A DNA stretch of 38,539 nt from a virus (taxonomy: Duplodnaviria > Caudoviricetes). The position numbers and the translations under genes are program-made. Each line of letters opens with the position of its first letter. The stretch's first letter is position 1. The notes beneath the pieces were generated by a model, which was given only the letters and a program-made list of their open reading frames with translations, was not told the origin of the DNA and searched no databases. Positions 1 through 8,106 of this stretch are shown here, in pieces. Where the stretch lies: the IMG/VR virus record IMGVR_UViG_3300017747_002751, positions 1 to 38,539 of that record; one strand, 5' to 3'.

Positions 1-123
1 CAACCCGTGGCCTTCTGGGCGGCATCCTTGGCGGCGTGGTAGGCGGCGGATTGCTTGGTCCTCTTGGCGCTATGGCTGGTGGCTACGTCGGCAAGCAGAC
101 AGGCCTCAAGAGCTACTATCCAG
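1..123. repeat. Terminal direct repeat, left copy (circular assembly overlap)
   Basis: Bases 1-123 are identical to 38417-38539, and the reading frame of the 37300 gene continues across the join. Confidence 0.97.
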
Positions 124-251
124 ATGCGCCAAAGACCGCGAAGACAGAGAAAGCGTCGAAAGACAGCCTCAACGAACGCGGGCGCGACACATACAGCAAA
201 TCAGGTCAATTTCGCGATGCCGTATCGAGCGGCAAGGGCGGGCTTTGGTAA
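1..251 (+). CDS. C-terminal part of the GH73-domain ejection/virion protein that starts at 37300
   Basis: ORF 36..251 is in frame with 37300 after circularisation (36 corresponds to 38452). Gly-rich GILGGVVGGGLLG segment; ends GKGGLW*. Confidence 0.88.
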   Translation, partial: TRGLLGGILGGVVGGGLLGPLGAMAGGYVGKQTGLKSYYPDAPKTAKTEKASKDSLNERGRDTYSKSGQFRDAVSSGKGGLW

Positions 252-260
252 GGAACCACA

Positions 261-1856
261 ATGGCACTCACAACCTTTAACGACTTCAGCACGACGCCGG
301 CGAGCAACATCGACGTTAACGGCACGTCCATTCAAGGAACCGCGCCAGTCTCGAACTTCGATAATGCTTTGCGTGAGCTTATGGCTATCCTTCGCCGTGA
401 TCTTGATAACGGCATGGTTTACACGACCAAGGCCGCTAACTACACGGCTGTCGCGAACGACAATAACGCCTATCTCCGTTTCAGCGCTGTCGCTACTTTG
501 ACCTTGACCGCTGCCGCTACACTTGGCGCGGACTGGCACATTTTGGTCAGCGCCGATGGCGGGGCCGTTATCATTGATCCAAACGCCGCCGAGACGATCA
601 ACGGCCTCACGACCATCAACCTAAAGGATGGGGAGGCGGCATACGTCATTTGCGATGGAACAAATTTCCGCGCATACCGCTTCTCCTCCCCTGCGTCCTA
701 TGTCGTGAAGACTGCTAACTACACCGCGCTTGACACGGACTATAATGCGTCCATCCGGTTTACGTCGGCGGCGACATTGGCTTTTGATGTAACGGCCAAT
801 CTTCGAGCCAATTGGCGTATCGAGGTTTGGAACGACTCCACCGGCCTTGTCCAAATTGACCCTGACAGCACCGATACTATCAACGGTGCTACTGCTCTTG
901 TTTTGCAGCCAGGGCAGCGTGTCGAGGTCTTCAAGACAGCAGCCACGACATTTCAGGCGAATGTATTTGGCGATCCGCAATCAGGGCCGCAGTTGCAGGG
1001 GTATATTTACGGGCTCACGACAACCACCAACAGCGGGACCCCTTCGACAAATATTGATGTCGCATCCGGTGCAGTTGCTTCGTCAGCAAGCCCATATTAT
1101 CTGATCCAGCTTCTTTCTTCGATCACGAAAAACACTAACAACGCGTGGTCTGTAGGCACAGGTAACGGCTCTCTCGACACTGGCGCTATCGCCAACTCCA
1201 CATACTACGGCTACCTTATCCAGCGCTCCGATACTGGCGTTGTGGATGTGCTTACATCGCTTTCCTCTACGTCTCCCACGATGCCAGCGAACTATGATCG
1301 TCGATCTCCTGCGCTGTTTACGTTCACTCGGACTGCAGGCGTAAATAGCGCACCAGCCGCCCTGGGTCGTTATGGAATCAACTATTCAAACTCTGTAGCT
1401 AACCCTAATACCGCTTCCGTCCTATTTGCGGGAATTCCTTCGGGCGTGAAGCGCATCACGGCTCATTTCTATTCTCTTAACCCTTCTGCATCGGCTTTGC
1501 CCGTTATACGAATGGGTGTCGCTGGAAGCGTCGTTAGTTCCGGTTATCTTTCGAATGTCTCTCAATCATCCGGTGGCTCAGCCATAGCAAATGCTACCGA
1601 TGCTACAGGTCTAATTATTGCTACGGGTAACATTACGAGTACAAATCCAGCTTTTGGACGAGTTATCTTTGATCGTCTTAGTCCGTCCCTTAATCTCTGG
1701 ACGTACAATTTATATGACGTATTTTCGTCATCAACAATTACCGGGTGGGGATCTGGCGTTATCGCCCTTGCTGGAGACCCCGACCGTATTCAGTTTACTA
1801 CGTTGGTTGGAACAGCCCTTCTCAACGGCACGATGAACATTTCTTGGGAGTTTTAA
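261..1856 (+). CDS. Tail fibre / receptor-binding protein
   Basis: 531 aa, Ser/Thr/Ala/Gly-rich. N-terminal anchor-like segment (NFDNALRELMA), an internal tandem domain duplication, SD AAGGA, and located last in the structural module. Confidence 0.8.
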   Translation: MALTTFNDFSTTPASNIDVNGTSIQGTAPVSNFDNALRELMAILRRDLDNGMVYTTKAANYTAVANDNNAYLRFSAVATLTLTAAATLGADWHILVSADGGAVIIDPNAAETINGLTTINLKDGEAAYVICDGTNFRAYRFSSPASYVVKTANYTALDTDYNASIRFTSAATLAFDVTANLRANWRIEVWNDSTGLVQIDPDSTDTINGATALVLQPGQRVEVFKTAATTFQANVFGDPQSGPQLQGYIYGLTTTTNSGTPSTNIDVASGAVASSASPYYLIQLLSSITKNTNNAWSVGTGNGSLDTGAIANSTYYGYLIQRSDTGVVDVLTSLSSTSPTMPANYDRRSPALFTFTRTAGVNSAPAALGRYGINYSNSVANPNTASVLFAGIPSGVKRITAHFYSLNPSASALPVIRMGVAGSVVSSGYLSNVSQSSGGSAIANATDATGLIIATGNITSTNPAFGRVIFDRLSPSLNLWTYNLYDVFSSSTITGWGSGVIALAGDPDRIQFTTLVGTALLNGTMNISWEF

Positions 1857-2255
1857 ATGTCTTCACAATATGTAGTAGACGTGTCTACTGGGGAGTCTTC
1901 TACTGAAGATTGGACGCCTCCAGATATTTATGTCTCGACAGTTACCTTCCCAAAAACGCCCGCTACTTTCGCTTCTGCAAAGCTCTCAATCTCGGAAGGA
2001 AATGTAGAGGGAATTGGCGTAGACAGCGCATTCGCAGGCGTATTCCAGCTCGATACCGGGTATTTTTGGGTAGCGTTCATGACCGCTCAAGAGGATACAA
2101 ACTATATCGTAAACGCATTCGATGGCGGCCTATTCCGCTGCTATGTGAGGCCGGAAGACTATCAGCAAGACGGGTTTGCCATCTCGACAACGGACCTTTC
2201 AGGGGTTCCGGCAGACCCACAGACAATATCAGTCATCGTAACAAGAGCAATTTAA
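1857..2255 (+). CDS. Tail-fibre-associated protein (putative)
   Basis: 132 aa, acidic and beta-rich; abuts the fibre stop codon. Confidence 0.6.
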   Translation: MSSQYVVDVSTGESSTEDWTPPDIYVSTVTFPKTPATFASAKLSISEGNVEGIGVDSAFAGVFQLDTGYFWVAFMTAQEDTNYIVNAFDGGLFRCYVRPEDYQQDGFAISTTDLSGVPADPQTISVIVTRAI

Positions 2256-2537
2256 ATGGGAAAAGAACCTATGCGCCTCGTATTCATGAAGAACGTCAAC
2301 GGCGTTGACAAGCTAATCCTGGCCGTAACTGCTACGGGAAATCAGGGATCTTTCGTCAAAATTCTAGCGGGTGTCGGTACCGCCTATTGGATTTGGCCAG
2401 CCATCCCGTCTGGTAAGGTCATCGCCTGTGACTTCACAGATGCGCCGATTGTGGATGCTGATATTGCGGTCAACAACGCAAACATTGCAGCCATCACTAC
2501 AACACCAGAGGAAGTCCTAACTTACGACACGCCATGA
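2256..2537 (+). CDS. Hypothetical protein
   Basis: 93 aa ORF; abuts the previous gene and overlaps the next by ATGA. Confidence 0.7.
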   Translation: MGKEPMRLVFMKNVNGVDKLILAVTATGNQGSFVKILAGVGTAYWIWPAIPSGKVIACDFTDAPIVDADIAVNNANIAAITTTPEEVLTYDTP

Positions 2538-3037
2538 TCATCAAAGCAATCAAACTGGCTCCATGGTCATTCATTATTTACCCTCTCGGCTTCGTTGCTG
2601 CGGGGATAATGACCATTCTGACGTGGGTGCTGATGTGCTGGATTATCGCTACCATCTCCATGATCACAGGCAGCAATCAGGTTCTTTGGCTCCGTTGGTT
2701 CTACACCCATGATGCCAGCCTGGATGGCGGAATAGAACAGAATAAGGAAGGCTACGACCCAAACGCCAAGGGCTTCAAACTCTGGTGGCAGCGTGTCCGG
2801 TGGATCTGCCGAAACCCCGCATATCGGTTCAACGCTTACGTTCTCGGCTTTGCGGCCGAAGGCTCGGTGCTGATTTTCGAAGCCGGCGATCAGTGGCCAA
2901 ACTTCCGATACTGGACTGTCATGCGTTCTGCTGGTGGTTGGCACTTCTTCGGATATCGCGGCAAGAACGACCGTTGGTTCGGCTGGAATTACATGGCATA
3001 TGCCGGAAGGCATCAGATCAAGAGTAAACCTTTTTGA
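2534..3037 (+). CDS. Phage membrane protein (Trp-rich, WWQRVRWICRNPAY motif)
   Basis: 167 aa with an N-terminal hydrophobic segment; ATGA overlap; lies between tail and lysis genes. Confidence 0.7.
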   Translation: MIIKAIKLAPWSFIIYPLGFVAAGIMTILTWVLMCWIIATISMITGSNQVLWLRWFYTHDASLDGGIEQNKEGYDPNAKGFKLWWQRVRWICRNPAYRFNAYVLGFAAEGSVLIFEAGDQWPNFRYWTVMRSAGGWHFFGYRGKNDRWFGWNYMAYAGRHQIKSKPF

Positions 3038-3047
3038 GGGCGACAGA

Positions 3048-3566
3048 ATGAAAGAGAACTTTCCGCAGTCGAATAAGCTAGTCTTGGCCCACGAAGGCGG
3101 GTTCATAAATCATCCTCGCGACCCTGGCGGCGCAACGAACAAGGGGATCACGATTGCCACGTTCCGCCAGTTCATCAACCCGAACGGAACGGTTGATGAT
3201 CTCAAGCGCCTGACAACCGAACAGGCCGGGAAGGTCTACAAGGCTCAATATTGGGACAAGGTGCGCGGCGATGAACTGCCTAGCGGCCTTGACTACGCAG
3301 CCTTTGACTTCTGCGTCAACAGTGGCACTGGGCGGGCGTCTAAGTATCTCCAGATGGTGGCCGGCGTTACCGCAGACGGGCAACTTGGCCCTAAGTCAAT
3401 GGAAGCGATTAGCCGGCTTAATGTTCGCGATGCAATTCACGACCTGTCCGACAGACGCATGGCCTTCCTGCGCAATCTCCCGACATGGAACACGTTCGGC
3501 AATGGCTGGAAGCGCCGCGTCGAGGAAGTGCGGATGAAAGCTCTATCAATGGCTGGTGGAGAATGA
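3048..3566 (+). CDS. Endolysin, glycoside hydrolase family 108 with C-terminal peptidoglycan-binding domain
   Basis: HEGGF..HPRDPGGATNKGIT catalytic motif; FDFCVNSG; DGQLGPKS; FGNGWKRRV. Start set at ATG 3048 behind SD GAGG. Confidence 0.95.
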   Translation: MKENFPQSNKLVLAHEGGFINHPRDPGGATNKGITIATFRQFINPNGTVDDLKRLTTEQAGKVYKAQYWDKVRGDELPSGLDYAAFDFCVNSGTGRASKYLQMVAGVTADGQLGPKSMEAISRLNVRDAIHDLSDRRMAFLRNLPTWNTFGNGWKRRVEEVRMKALSMAGGE

Positions 3567-3811
3567 ATAAGCCATCCTGGCGCGTTCGTCGCCGCATCGT
3601 GGTTGCAACGCTTCTCTTCTGCGCATTCTGCGTCCTATGGATCATGTTGCGCGGGGATAGCCGTAGCGTCCATGAAGTGATTGTGATGTGTTCGTTTGGC
3701 TTGGCTGCATCAACCATTGGGGCTTATGTCTTCGGCAGCGTGTTCGATGACAAGAACGTGATGCGAGAGCTTGGCTCAAAACCATACGACGATACGGAGC
3801 CTACGCCGTGA
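3563..3811 (+). CDS. Holin (two TM segments, putative)
   Basis: 82 aa from ATG 3563 (ATGA overlap). Basic N-terminus, two hydrophobic segments, charged C-terminus; between endolysin and spanins. Confidence 0.75.
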   Translation: MNKPSWRVRRRIVVATLLFCAFCVLWIMLRGDSRSVHEVIVMCSFGLAASTIGAYVFGSVFDDKNVMRELGSKPYDDTEPTP

Positions 3812-4182
3812 CGTTCCTACTAGCCATCTGGAAGCTGATCGGTTGGCGCGGCGTCATCGTTGCCGCCCTGATCGCTGTCGGCTCGTGGTGGCACCTCTCC
3901 GCAGTCTCCAAGGCCTATGACCGTGGCCAGCTATCCGAACGCCTCGTATGGCAAGAGAAAGAGCGCCGCGCTATACTGAAGGCAGAGAAAGAGCGAGACA
4001 TTGCACAAGCCAAGATCAACACAGCAGAGGCCGAACTGATCACGGCACAACAGCAGGCGTCAATGCGCCGTAGAGCCATGGAGAACGCGCTTGAGGCAGA
4101 AAGGAACAATGATGGCAAACCCGCTGTGGATCGCCGCGCTTGTGATCTCCCTGACAGGGTGCGCGAAGCTCTCAAGTATTGA
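3808..4182 (+). CDS. i-spanin (Rz-like)
   Basis: N-terminal TM helix, coiled-coil periplasmic domain, C-terminal Cys; overlapped by a lipoprotein gene. Confidence 0.8.
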   Translation: MTFLLAIWKLIGWRGVIVAALIAVGSWWHLSAVSKAYDRGQLSERLVWQEKERRAILKAEKERDIAQAKINTAEAELITAQQQASMRRRAMENALEAERNNDGKPAVDRRACDLPDRVREALKY

Positions 4183-4366
4183 GACTAGGCACCCTACCGT
4201 TTCCGCCTCCGTTATGGCACTATGCCCGGACTTGATTGACCCTCCACAACGCGCCGCACTGGAAAAGCAGTGGGCAGTCTGGGGAGATGACCGAGACGCC
4301 TACAAGGTTTGCCAAGGCCTCAACAAAGCCAAGGCCGATACTATCAATGCCCTACTTAACCGATAA
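4109..4366 (+). CDS. o-spanin lipoprotein (Rz1-like)
   Basis: MMANPLWIAALVISLTGC signal with lipobox, Pro/Cys-containing mature part, SD AAGGA; starts inside the i-spanin in another frame. Confidence 0.85.
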   Translation: MMANPLWIAALVISLTGCAKLSSIETRHPTVSASVMALCPDLIDPPQRAALEKQWAVWGDDRDAYKVCQGLNKAKADTINALLNR

Positions 4367-4375
4367 GGATTTCCA

Positions 4376-4726
4376 ATGACAGAAACCGCCACACCTTCCG
4401 ATATCGTCGCTAGCTTTGTCGAAAATCACGCTCTGGCCGACAAATATCTTGCCAAAGCCTACCGCGCCGCAATGCGCATGGCTGTCGAGGTCGAAGCTGG
4501 CCTTGAGATCGGCATGGTTACGAATGGACTGGAAGCCAAGGAATTCCTTGCCGGCCATCGTACCGCACCCGGCAAGATCGCGGAAGTCGCGCTTTTCCTA
4601 GCGGCGCTTCATTCGCACGGTACGGAACTTGCTAAAGCCAACGGCGTTGACCTCGGCAAGATCAAATCGGTTGGCGGCGTCGATCTGCCTCAGCCTGATT
4701 TCGAAACCATGGATGGAGGCCGATAA
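4376..4726 (+). CDS. Hypothetical helical protein with C-terminal PQPDFETMDGGR tail
   Basis: 116 aa, SD AAGGA, coherent with operon spacing. Confidence 0.8.
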   Translation: MTETATPSDIVASFVENHALADKYLAKAYRAAMRMAVEVEAGLEIGMVTNGLEAKEFLAGHRTAPGKIAEVALFLAALHSHGTELAKANGVDLGKIKSVGGVDLPQPDFETMDGGR

Positions 4727-4728
4727 GA

Positions 4729-5217
4729 ATGTCTTGGTATCACGAAGCGCTGATCGTCTTGGCGGTTGCCGCCGTGATCTCTGCATGGAAGGTTCCGAAC
4801 GCGGCACTATTCGTCGCGCTCGGTTTCTGCTCATACGTTAGCTCGGCATTCTGGCACAGCGCTGGCTTTCCATATGCAACACTTTACGGTGCCGCGACAA
4901 ACCTCGTCATTTGCTATGCCATATACCGATACGGGCAGAACGTTCGGTGGGAGTCGAAACTAATGGGCTGCTTCGTCCTGATGCTCTTGATTGACATGCT
5001 GTATGTCTTCGGCGTCATCAAAAGCCAATACAATTTTGCAGTTTCGCTTGAGCTTGTAAACGCTTATGCTCTTCTACTGATAGGTGTAACCGGCATAGCT
5101 CAAAGGATGGGAAATGGACGTCGTTTCAGCCATCCTTACCGCAGTCTTCTGGCTTCTCTCAATCGCGCTGTATTCGCGGAAAGAAAGCAATATCCGCAAT
5201 GGTGGCGGCACCCATAA
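4729..5217 (+). CDS. Polytopic membrane protein (~5 TM)
   Basis: 162 aa with about five hydrophobic segments and a basic C-terminal tail; SD GGAGG. Confidence 0.8.
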   Translation: MSWYHEALIVLAVAAVISAWKVPNAALFVALGFCSYVSSAFWHSAGFPYATLYGAATNLVICYAIYRYGQNVRWESKLMGCFVLMLLIDMLYVFGVIKSQYNFAVSLELVNAYALLLIGVTGIAQRMGNGRRFSHPYRSLLASLNRAVFAERKQYPQWWRHP

Positions 5218-5510
5218 TGCCGATCCCGGAAACAGTGGCGACAATAGCAGCTAAGCTTCTTTGGCCCTTTATCGGGTCCGTCCTTGCCCTGATTGTTATA
5301 CCACCAAAGACTAGAACTGAAGCCTACCGCAGGGGCGCTGTTTCCCTTGCGGGCGGCTTCATTGGCGGACCTCCTCTGCATGAGTGGCTGGAGATCGCCA
5401 GCACAGACCAGAACTCAGGTTTTGCCATAGCCATAGCCGCTTTCATTTCCTGGTGGGTTCTCGGTGCGCTTCCGAAGGTCGCCGGCCGTCTTTCATCCAA
5501 GGAAGACTAG
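5217..5510 (+). CDS. Small ~3-TM membrane protein, holin/antiholin-like
   Basis: 97 aa from ATG 5217 (TAATG overlap); three hydrophobic segments and a charged C-terminus. Confidence 0.6.
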   Translation: MPIPETVATIAAKLLWPFIGSVLALIVIPPKTRTEAYRRGAVSLAGGFIGGPPLHEWLEIASTDQNSGFAIAIAAFISWWVLGALPKVAGRLSSKED

Positions 5511-5592
5511 AACGCCCATTCCACCACCTCCGCAATAGCAACCCATGCTATAATACATAGGCAACATACGGCCCATAGAGTAGCGGATCGGG

Positions 5593-6054
5593 TCATGTCT
5601 TCACCCCCAACCTGTCGCGAAGAGCGCGGGCGGCTCGGAGATGGGCGTGGGTAAACTCAGTGATCGGCTTGACGCTTCCCTTCGGAACCTCTTCACCAAG
5701 TGATCTGCACGCGTCATCAAAACGTTTTGACTTATCAGCAAACGGTTCCAGCACCCTCTTCGCCTCCTCCACCAATGCCCGCAGGCGTTTGGCTTCTGCT
5801 GTGGTGGCGCTAGCGGCTTCAAACGCCAGTTTCCGAGCGTGGCTTGTCCTTTGCCCCACTTCAAGTGCTCGCCGCAATTGCTGTAACTCGGAAATGATAG
5901 CGTCGGCTTCTGAAGGTCGGATCGTGCATGGCTCCCGCCACTCGGAACATCGTTGCAACTTCTGTAGCCACGCCACCGGCTCGCGCTCTACTGTCATGTG
6001 CGGGGTTCCTCCGTGGTGGTGGGGCGATGGGGTGTCAGAATTTGTCATGGTCAT
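5593..6054 (-). CDS. Hypothetical protein (last gene of the early-left operon)
   Basis: C-terminal part of ORF 5593..6279. Start is either 6054 (TGATG coupling) or 5997 (SD GGAGG). EPVAW and HLRAARAL phage-type motifs. Confidence 0.7.
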   Translation of the reverse strand: MTMTNSDTPSPHHHGGTPHMTVEREPVAWLQKLQRCSEWREPCTIRPSEADAIISELQQLRRALEVGQRTSHARKLAFEAASATTAEAKRLRALVEEAKRVLEPFADKSKRFDDACRSLGEEVPKGSVKPITEFTHAHLRAARALRDRLGVKT

Positions 6055-6329
6055 CACCCTGCCGTTGAATGGACGTTGGATGGAAAAACCAACGAAACGT
6101 CGATCTCTGCTCCGACTGCAAGAACCGCTTGGCAAAAGTCGCCTCCGCGATCCTGTGCATCGTTGATCTGCTTCTCCTTTCGCAGGTCGTAAATGGAGAC
6201 GGTCGGATCCCCGATGGTGTAGAAGCCGAGACGCTTGGATGGGCATGCGTCCAGGACGGCTTGCAAGTCGGCAATCCATTTCTTTTCGGCAGCGTTAAGC
6301 TTCACGGCCAGCATCCTTTCGAAAGTCAT
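6054..6329 (-). CDS. Hypothetical protein
   Basis: 91 aa ORF in operon order. Confidence 0.7.
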   Translation of the reverse strand: MTFERMLAVKLNAAEKKWIADLQAVLDACPSKRLGFYTIGDPTVSIYDLRKEKQINDAQDRGGDFCQAVLAVGAEIDVSLVFPSNVHSTAG

Positions 6330-6879
6330 GGAGGGTGCATTCGATGCAGTCGATCAGGTCGCGATAGCTGCGCCAGTTAGGAAACAGCGTCTCGATCTGG
6401 CTGATGATCTGATCGGCCGGCGTTGCCACAAGAGCCACGGGCGCTGGCGTCTCCACCTCTCCCGTTAGGGTGGGGGCGGGCGCTTGCGTGAGGGCGGAGA
6501 GAATGCGTGCCTCGTAGTCGGCTTGCGCTGCGGCTTTGGCTTCCTCGACGCTCTGAAAGTCTTCGCCCAAATACTCGCGCGAATTCTGGCCGGGCTCGCC
6601 CCATGTAACAAAGCAAGTAAAAGGTGGGTCTCCATGCCCATGCACAGGTTTATGAGGCTGGATCGAATACCAAAATCCGAGACCTCCCGGCTTTGAGAAA
6701 GCCTCTACCCAGCCGCTGCGCTTCCACTCCAGCGCCTTCACCTTCACACCCCCATAGTCCGCATGGGACAGGGCGGCGGTGATGAACGGCATGAGAGCTT
6801 CGGAAAGTGCGCCTGCTCCTTTGTCGTGGTTGCCGTCAACGCGGCGGATCTCTTGGGCTAGTTTGTCAACGTCAATCAT
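6295..6879 (-). CDS. Hypothetical protein with KVKALEW...EAKAAAQADYEARILSAL module
   Basis: Start trimmed to ATG 6879 (TGATG overlap); paralogous module at 16985-17311. Confidence 0.75.
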   Translation of the reverse strand: MIDVDKLAQEIRRVDGNHDKGAGALSEALMPFITAALSHADYGGVKVKALEWKRSGWVEAFSKPGGLGFWYSIQPHKPVHGHGDPPFTCFVTWGEPGQNSREYLGEDFQSVEEAKAAAQADYEARILSALTQAPAPTLTGEVETPAPVALVATPADQIISQIETLFPNWRSYRDLIDCIECTLHDFRKDAGREA

Positions 6880-7010
6880 CACAGCTTTTCCACCACCGAA
6901 AGATACAGCCACATATCCTCTCCGGGAGGCTGGTATCCAGCGCAGCCGATGAGGATAACAAGCATCACAATGGATGCGACGATGAGGAAAATTCCAAGGT
7001 ACTTTTCCAT
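6879..7010 (-). CDS. Small membrane protein / possible lipoprotein (43 aa)
   Basis: Hand-translated as MEKYLGIFLIVASIVMLVILIGCAGYQPPGEDMWLYLSVVEKL; stop/start overlaps on both sides. Not in the ORF track. Confidence 0.7.
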   Translation of the reverse strand: MEKYLGIFLIVASIVMLVILIGCAGYQPPGEDMWLYLSVVEKL

Positions 7011-7360
7011 TATTCGGCGTCCTTCCTGTCTTGGCGACTGTCCCGTTCGTACTGGAAATCGCGACCGCAGTGCTCGGATATCGCCTGAATTGCCTCGGCA
7101 TCGTCCGTTTCGTCCTCAGGCAAAACTTCACCATCAACGTCAAGAGCGACATACGGGCCATAGGCATAAAAACTGCAGCGGCCTTCATTTGTGGCTGGCC
7201 AGTTATCGGAAACAAGATCCCTTCTCCAGTCGTAAGGCTCACTCTTGGGTAGAGAAGTATTGGCCGACTTCGCGCAATCGACAATGGTGTCTTCCCACGT
7301 GTAGTTGGAATACCCCTCCCCTGCCGAATAAAGAAATTTACAACCCCAACAGCTTGCCAT
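7010..7360 (-). CDS. Hypothetical Cys-containing acidic protein
   Basis: 116 aa, N-terminal CxxC, SD AAGGGG. Confidence 0.75.
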   Translation of the reverse strand: MASCWGCKFLYSAGEGYSNYTWEDTIVDCAKSANTSLPKSEPYDWRRDLVSDNWPATNEGRCSFYAYGPYVALDVDGEVLPEDETDDAEAIQAISEHCGRDFQYERDSRQDRKDAE

Positions 7361-7361
7361 C

Positions 7362-7496
7362 TCATTTCCCCTTGTAATGTGCGTCTATGATCCGCCGCAA
7401 AAGCTCTGCGACAGTCATGTCAAGTTTCGTGGCCTCTGCGCTCAAAAGCGCGATTTGCCGATCTGAGAAAAATACGGTTGTTCTTCGTTTTGCCAT
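7362..7496 (-). CDS. Ribbon-helix-helix (CopG/Arc-like) regulator, 44 aa
   Basis: Hand-translated as MAKRRTTVFFSDRQIALLSAEATKLDMTVAELLRRIIDAHYKGK, the typical RHH pattern. Not in the ORF track. Confidence 0.85.
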   Translation of the reverse strand: MAKRRTTVFFSDRQIALLSAEATKLDMTVAELLRRIIDAHYKGK

Positions 7497-7531
7497 GCGC
7501 ATACTATATGCGCAACGTATGCACTTGGCAA
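7496..7531 (-). promoter_or_regulatory. Sigma70 promoter (leaderless) for the RHH gene with a palindromic operator
   Basis: TTGCCA-N17-TATAGT followed by ATG 6 nt later; perfect inverted repeat TGCGCATA-cta-TATGCGCA (7496-7514) over the -10. Confidence 0.7.
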
Positions 7532-7534
7532 GCG

Positions 7535-7915
7535 CTATTTATACAGCGACCGTGGCGGCAATACCGGTTTCTTCGGGCGCCCTGGACGCTCTCGCTTTTG
7601 AAACGGAGCGCTGGCTATTTTGGCTTTCGGAGCTTTGATGCCCAGGTGGTTCTGCTTCACTCGCTTGGCCTTTGCGGCTCTGTGGTGGTCGTCAGCGTCC
7701 TTCACGGCTTTGCATGTGATCGTATGGGCAGGGCCGCAATTATCGTCTGTGTCGTCTCCTCCAAGCTCTAGCGCCCGGATATGTTCTATGAACCACCTGT
7801 CACCGGCCTTGATCGGAAGCTTGCATGTAACACAGACGCCGGAATGGGTTTCCCAGATCCGAAGCCGACGTGCTGGCGTCATGGCCTTACGCTTGGTAGT
7901 GCCTACGTCGGTCAT
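7535..7915 (-). CDS. HNH endonuclease
   Basis: CVTC...EHIRALELGGDDTDDNCGPAH...C motif with a basic C-terminal tail; start ATG 7915 with SD GAGGAAGG. Confidence 0.85.
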   Translation of the reverse strand: MTDVGTTKRKAMTPARRLRIWETHSGVCVTCKLPIKAGDRWFIEHIRALELGGDDTDDNCGPAHTITCKAVKDADDHHRAAKAKRVKQNHLGIKAPKAKIASAPFQKRERPGRPKKPVLPPRSLYK

Positions 7916-8106
7916 TGAACCTTCCTCTTGATCGCTTCGAAGATCTTCTCTGTGCAATATGCGACATTTCCCTTAGTGACGAACGTGTCGTCTGTGACTT
8001 CGAACTCTTTGCCGCTGCGCTCATCCTTGATCACGGTCCCGGCGTCCACTTGCATAATGTGCAGCCCTCCAAATGGGACCGTCGTGTATTCGCGTGGGTG
8101 TTTCAT
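7912..8106 (-). CDS. Hypothetical protein
   Basis: 64 aa; ATGA overlaps on both sides. Confidence 0.75.
   Translation of the reverse strand: MKHPREYTTVPFGGLHIMQVDAGTVIKDERSGKEFEVTDDTFVTKGNVAYCTEKIFEAIKRKVQ

Noticed and set aside
1-123. Biological terminal repeat of T7 type
   Set aside because: It falls mid-gene and the head genes are P22-like; an assembly overlap is more plausible.
6880-7365. N-terminal 162 codons of the 356-aa ORF 6295..7365
   Set aside because: Overlaps two better genes (6879-7010 and 7010-7360) with proper coupling; the real start is 6879.
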